A stretch of 20,000 bases of DNA. Origin: an uncultured virus (IMG/VR IMGVR_UViG_3300025844_000015) (lineage: Duplodnaviria > Heunggongvirae > Uroviricota > Caudoviricetes). Every line of letters starts with the position of its first letter. Within the stretch, counting starts at the first letter, position 1. The position numbers and the translations under genes are program-made. Below are positions 16,465-20,000 of this stretch, one piece after another. Under the pieces are notes generated by a model. That model made no database searches. It worked only from the letters and a program-made list of their open reading frames with translations, and was not told the origin of the DNA. The DNA lies in the IMG/VR virus record IMGVR_UViG_3300025844_000015, positions 52,886 to 72,885 of that record; one strand, given 5' to 3'.

Positions 16465-17076
16465 ATGAGCAACATTCAAAATAAAATTGTAGACGCAATA
16501 TTCGAAAACGACGAGGAATTGACTCGCACTCTAGTACGAGAACTTTCTTACGTTAAGACTCGAAAGATTCTTGGACTTTTGGAAAGTGGTGAAGTCACTA
16601 TTCGCGGTAACGACATTTTCGTAGGTGGCAATACGGTCGGTTCTTTTGAAACCAAGGACGATAAGATCGAATTCACGGCCTCCGGTGATGGTACCGTCAA
16701 GACTTTCGAAAACGATGAAGAATTGATGAATTATGTTTCCGGCCTTACTGAAGATATGAAAGAAGTAAAGGCACCAGAAGGATACACAAAGCATGATCTT
16801 TCGGCAAAACACAAAGACGAGCGCATGGAAAATCCTAAAAAGAAAGATCATGGCCATGATAAGGATCAGAAGGAACCCACTGGTAGTAGTGCCAAGGGTC
16901 CGAAAGAGCATGAACATTCTTTAGATACAAAGGGCCACGGTCATGATAAGGATCAGAAGGAACCCACTGGTAGTAGTGCCAAGGGTCCGAAAGAACATGA
17001 GCACACCCCAAACAGTAAGGCACACTCCCATGACGCTCCGTCTGGGGTTGGAGCCGTAGAGAAGAAAGGCAAGTAA
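16465..17076 (+). CDS. Prohead core protein (positional equivalent of T4 gp67/gp68) with His/Lys-rich repeated tail
   Basis: Immediately upstream of and coupled (TAATG) to gp21; N-terminus KIVDAIFENDEE resembles core proteins; LLE/LTE sites. Confidence 0.6.
   Translation: MSNIQNKIVDAIFENDEELTRTLVRELSYVKTRKILGLLESGEVTIRGNDIFVGGNTVGSFETKDDKIEFTASGDGTVKTFENDEELMNYVSGLTEDMKEVKAPEGYTKHDLSAKHKDERMENPKKKDHGHDKDQKEPTGSSAKGPKEHEHSLDTKGHGHDKDQKEPTGSSAKGPKEHEHTPNSKAHSHDAPSGVGAVEKKGK
16849..17004 (+). repeat. Intragenic tandem duplication with 87-bp (29-aa) period
   Basis: 53 bp identical at 16855-16907 and 16942-16994, encoding HGHDKDQKEPTGSSAKGPKEHEH twice. Confidence 0.95.
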
Positions 17077-17705
17077 TGATGGATACTCTAATTGAAAGCG
17101 TAGAACCCAGTATAGCAAACATTGTTTGTGAGTCTAACACGACTGGCAAAAACATGTGGCTTAGCGGTGTTTTTATGCAAGCCGAACATCCTAACAGAAA
17201 CAAAAGGATCTATCCTATTTCCGAAATGACTAGCGCAGTTAAAAATGCCAATGACATCATTAAAGAAAATGGCGGCATTTTTGGAGAACTCGACCACCCA
17301 GAGAAGCTCACAATAAATATGGATAGAATATCTCACGCAATTAAAGAACTTCAAATCAACGGTAACAACGTCATAGGTAGAGCAGAGATTTTGCGCACAC
17401 CAATGGGATTGATCGCTGAAGAACTTGGTAAGTCTGGTGTTCGTTATGGTATTTCTAGCAGAGGGGCCGGGAACGTTGGACCAAATGGAGTAGTGTCTGA
17501 GTTTGTGTTTGTGACTGCTGATTTGGTTGCCACGCCTTCCGCACAGGGAGCATATCCACGTCCCGTCTATGAAGGTTTGCAGAATAGCAAGGAAGGAAGA
17601 AAGGTTCTTACTTTGGCCGAAAGTTTGAAGCATGATGAAAATGCACAGAAGTATTTCAAAAAGAGCATATTGTCATTTATGGAGAATGTATTCAATAAGA
17701 TGTAA
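17076..17705 (+). CDS. gp21: Prohead core protease (T4 gp21-like)
   Basis: GVFMQAE..NRNKRIYP, GELDHP (His), TPMG, GISSRGAG (Ser) and DLVATPSA (Asp). Confidence 0.97.
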   Translation: MMDTLIESVEPSIANIVCESNTTGKNMWLSGVFMQAEHPNRNKRIYPISEMTSAVKNANDIIKENGGIFGELDHPEKLTINMDRISHAIKELQINGNNVIGRAEILRTPMGLIAEELGKSGVRYGISSRGAGNVGPNGVVSEFVFVTADLVATPSAQGAYPRPVYEGLQNSKEGRKVLTLAESLKHDENAQKYFKKSILSFMENVFNKM

Positions 17706-17775
17706 TTGGATGTTACTATTGAAACATGTATAATTCCTTGTGTAGGCAATACTAAAAAATAAAGCTTACATCTTT

Positions 17776-17803
17776 GACCCCACACTAGTGTGGGGTCTTT
17801 TTT
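17776..17803 (+). terminator. Rho-independent terminator
   Basis: Perfect palindrome GACCCCACACTAGTGTGGGGTC (17776-17797) followed by TTTTTT. Confidence 0.9.
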
Positions 17804-17853
17804 CATCTAAAAATATAGAATCTAAATACCTTTAACATAACAGGGTAACACAA

Positions 17854-18219
17854 ATGAATGAACTACACGGACAGTTGACAATGTATGTATCAGGCGAAAA
17901 TACATATACCAATGGAAATCTTACCAAAGCCACCGGAAAAGTTTCGTGGGGGATTAGGGACGACAGAAAAATAAACAAAAACGAATGGATGGTAGAGGAT
18001 GGTGATTTCCTTGAAGTGTATGATAATAGTGGAAGAATACTATTTTCAAAACACATCATAGAAGATTATGATTCTCATTACAATCCTTCTTTGAAAAGAC
18101 AAGTGTATAGAGGGACCACGGTGGGGTGGCTTCCTCACGGAGTTGACGCTGGATTTTGGTTCAACATGTTCAATAATAGATTTAGAGCAAGGTTGGTTAA
18201 AAAAGATGATCAGGAATGA
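17854..18219 (+). CDS. Hypothetical protein
   Basis: 121-aa ORF with aromatic-rich globular composition; possible late-promoter variant TCTAAATA at 17821-17828. Confidence 0.75.
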   Translation: MNELHGQLTMYVSGENTYTNGNLTKATGKVSWGIRDDRKINKNEWMVEDGDFLEVYDNSGRILFSKHIIEDYDSHYNPSLKRQVYRGTTVGWLPHGVDAGFWFNMFNNRFRARLVKKDDQE

Positions 18220-18337
18220 AGATAATGATGATTTGGTCGAAGGGTTCCTGAAACATTTTGATGGTAAGATGATAGACACCCCGGCAGACATACAAGAAAT
18301 CGTCAATGAGGAATTTTGGGATTTGTTAGGAGATTAA
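18206..18337 (+). CDS. Small acidic hypothetical protein (43 aa, ends IVNEEFWDLLGD)
   Basis: ATG 18206 overlaps the previous gene end, and the stop lies 3 nt before the next ATG. Confidence 0.6.
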   Translation: MIRNEDNDDLVEGFLKHFDGKMIDTPADIQEIVNEEFWDLLGD

Positions 18338-18340
18338 AGC

Positions 18341-18529
18341 ATGCCAATGTTTGATTTTAAATGTAACAAGTGTAATAAAGTAGTTGAGAAGATCGTATCA
18401 CACAAAGATGTAGATAAGTTGTTTAATTGTGATTGTGAAGAACAAGGAACTCTTCAACGAGTTGAAAGGATAGGAAAAACCTCTGTGGCTTTCAAGGGTA
18501 GATGGTTTTCAAATACCGGGGGGTATTAG
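18341..18529 (+). CDS. FmdB-family zinc-ribbon protein
   Basis: MPMFDFKCNKC...CDC...LQRV...VAFKGRWF matches the MPxYxYxCxxC...FKGxG(W/F) pattern; GGAG SD. Confidence 0.85.
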   Translation: MPMFDFKCNKCNKVVEKIVSHKDVDKLFNCDCEEQGTLQRVERIGKTSVAFKGRWFSNTGGY

Positions 18530-18536
18530 GCTTACA

Positions 18537-18767
18537 TCAATCTAACCACTTTTCAATATTTTCTTTCAAGGCTTCTATTTCAAATAGAAGCCTTTTTGCT
18601 TCTGAGAGATTGATATATTTCATACTCTCAATACTTTCTCTTACGGCCCTTATCCTCACAACCTCTGGTTGTAAATTTCTCTCCATTTTTTCTAGAGTAT
18701 TACTGTCCACCGATTTAGTTTTAGGTACTACGTAGCGATCCAGTATGCTTTGGGTGTGTTGGTTCAT
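18537..18767 (-). CDS. Small helical hypothetical protein (76 aa, MNQHTQSILDRY...), probably early-expressed
   Basis: AGGA SD 6 nt before ATG 18767; perfect sigma70 promoter upstream. Confidence 0.75.
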   Translation of the reverse strand: MNQHTQSILDRYVVPKTKSVDSNTLEKMERNLQPEVVRIRAVRESIESMKYINLSEAKRLLFEIEALKENIEKWLD

Positions 18768-18791
18768 ATTCAGTCCTAAGTGTAAGTAAAT

Positions 18792-18820
18792 ATTATAGTT
18801 TTTCCCAAATATTTTGTCAA
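18792..18820 (-). promoter_or_regulatory. Perfect consensus sigma70 promoter
   Basis: Minus strand TTGACA (18820-18815)-N17-TATAAT (18797-18792). Confidence 0.9.
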
Positions 18821-18920
18821 TACCCAAAGACATTTTTAAAAATTCCAGAAAAATAAAAATCTTTACAAATCAATAAGTTAAGAACTTTACATTAGTATTC
18901 TTTTAATTTTTTGGTTTAAC

Positions 18921-18928
18921 AATAAATA
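18921..18928 (+). promoter_or_regulatory. Late promoter variant AATAAATA for gp22-gp23
   Basis: One mismatch to the consensus, upstream of the GGAG SD. Confidence 0.65.
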
Positions 18929-18961
18929 ATACACGAAAATCCAAACAAATTTCTGGAGTAT

Positions 18962-19912
18962 ATGAAAATGGATGAACTATTGAAAATGTTGATGGAATCT
19001 GAACTTCTAACCGAAGACACTAAACAGGAACTATCCGAACAGATTAAATCTGTGATGGAATCCAAGATTTCTGAACAGGTAGAACAGAAGGAAAACGAAC
19101 TTCGTGCTGAGTATGCTCGGAAGTTTGTTACAGAGAAACAAGAACTGGCAGAAGCTATTGACACCAAGATTGAAGAGGCATTAGCTGCCGAGTTGGAAGA
19201 ATTACGTGAAGACGTAGAACGTTTCCGAGATCTTGAGGCTGAATATGCTCACAAGATCGTTGCAGAGAGACAGAAGATTGCCGAAGCTGTTCAGGAAGAC
19301 ATGAGACAGTTGATGGAAGCTCTAGATGCATATGTTGAACAGCGCTTGACCGCTGAACTGAATGAACACAGAGAATCCATCGATGAGGTTCTCAAGGAAA
19401 ATTACGGTCGTCAGATTGTTGAATCAATCGGTGGCGAATTCCGTAAGCGTTTCTTGAACGAAGATGATATTGAAGATCGCAAGCTTGAGTTGGAAGCAGA
19501 ACTTAACGAAGCTCGCGAACAGTTGAGCGAAGTTCGTAAGAAGTTGGATGAATCCATCAGAACTCGCAAAATGGAAGAAGTTTTGGAAAGCTTGAGCGGA
19601 ACTCCGCGCAGCGTAATGGAAGCAATTTTAGATAACGTTCCGACGGAAAAACTAGAAGAAGCGTATGACCGTTACATTGCTAAAGTTCTCAACGAGTCTA
19701 CCAATAAAGTATCGGAGAAGGAAAGCAACAAGCCAGTACTCGCCGAGGGAGAAGAAGCTGAAAACCTACTCGAAGGTTATGAGATCAAGACCGGTAACAC
19801 ACAACAGTTGGCCGAAGATGTTTCTGGCATCGATGATGGCGACGGTGACGAGGTTAAGGCTCAACTAAACGAATGGCTTACTAAGCTTCGCAAAAGCGCA
19901 GGTGTGAAGTAA
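18962..19912 (+). CDS. gp22: Prohead scaffolding/core protein (T4 gp22-like)
   Basis: Very acidic coiled coil with many LxE sites (MESELLTEDTK...), directly before the capsid gene. The true start may be ATG 18968. Confidence 0.85.
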   Translation: MKMDELLKMLMESELLTEDTKQELSEQIKSVMESKISEQVEQKENELRAEYARKFVTEKQELAEAIDTKIEEALAAELEELREDVERFRDLEAEYAHKIVAERQKIAEAVQEDMRQLMEALDAYVEQRLTAELNEHRESIDEVLKENYGRQIVESIGGEFRKRFLNEDDIEDRKLELEAELNEAREQLSEVRKKLDESIRTRKMEEVLESLSGTPRSVMEAILDNVPTEKLEEAYDRYIAKVLNESTNKVSEKESNKPVLAEGEEAENLLEGYEIKTGNTQQLAEDVSGIDDGDGDEVKAQLNEWLTKLRKSAGVK

Positions 19913-19949
19913 CACCACTAGTCTATAACTAAATTATAAGGAGAAAGTA

Positions 19950-20000
19950 ATGGACGATTTAAAATTGTTAAATGAAAACTGGAATGAAGCGCGTTCCGCT
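19950..20000 (+). CDS. gp23: Major capsid protein (T4 gp23-like), N-terminus only
   Basis: AAGGAG SD, then MDDLKLLNENWNEARSA running off the window. The position after the scaffold and the LxExW start fit gp23; only 17 codons are visible. Confidence 0.7.
   Translation, partial: MDDLKLLNENWNEARSA

Noticed and set aside
16849..17004. CRISPR-like repeat-spacer-repeat
   Set aside because: Only two copies, with an in-frame 87-bp period inside a CDS and synonymous divergence at the edges. This is a protein repeat.
1..20000. Stop-codon reassignment as seen in some large phages
   Set aside because: Core genes are full length in the standard code, and TAA, TGA and TAG all end plausible genes.

Overview
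This window comes from a large T4-like (Tevenvirinae-related or jumbo myovirus-type) phage genome read in the standard genetic code. From left to right it holds: a 5'-truncated hypothetical gene; a ~700 bp non-coding region; a DinG/XPD-family Fe-S helicase split by a LAGLIDADG intein in its Walker A motif; several small ORFs; a late-promoter pair of an acidic protein and a GT2 glycosyltransferase; the minus-strand gp55 (late sigma)-gp47-gp46 operon; a 1018-aa tape-measure-like gene; and the head module (gp20 portal, small acidic prohead-core/internal proteins, gp21 protease, an inserted cluster of small genes, gp22 scaffold, start of gp23 capsid). T4-type late promoters (TATAAATA/AATAAATA) precede most structural genes. 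The most interesting signal is at 1250-1945: a promoter followed by a ~335-nt sequence that folds by eye into a closed multi-helix RNA with G-U pairs and a 7-bp loop-loop (kissing) complement. It is followed by an A-rich tract, DNA-type hairpins (GCGAAGC) and iteron-like repeats directly upstream of the helicase. This is a candidate unclassified large phage ncRNA and/or RNA-primed replication origin. All calls come from reading motifs by eye; no database searches or folding programs were run.
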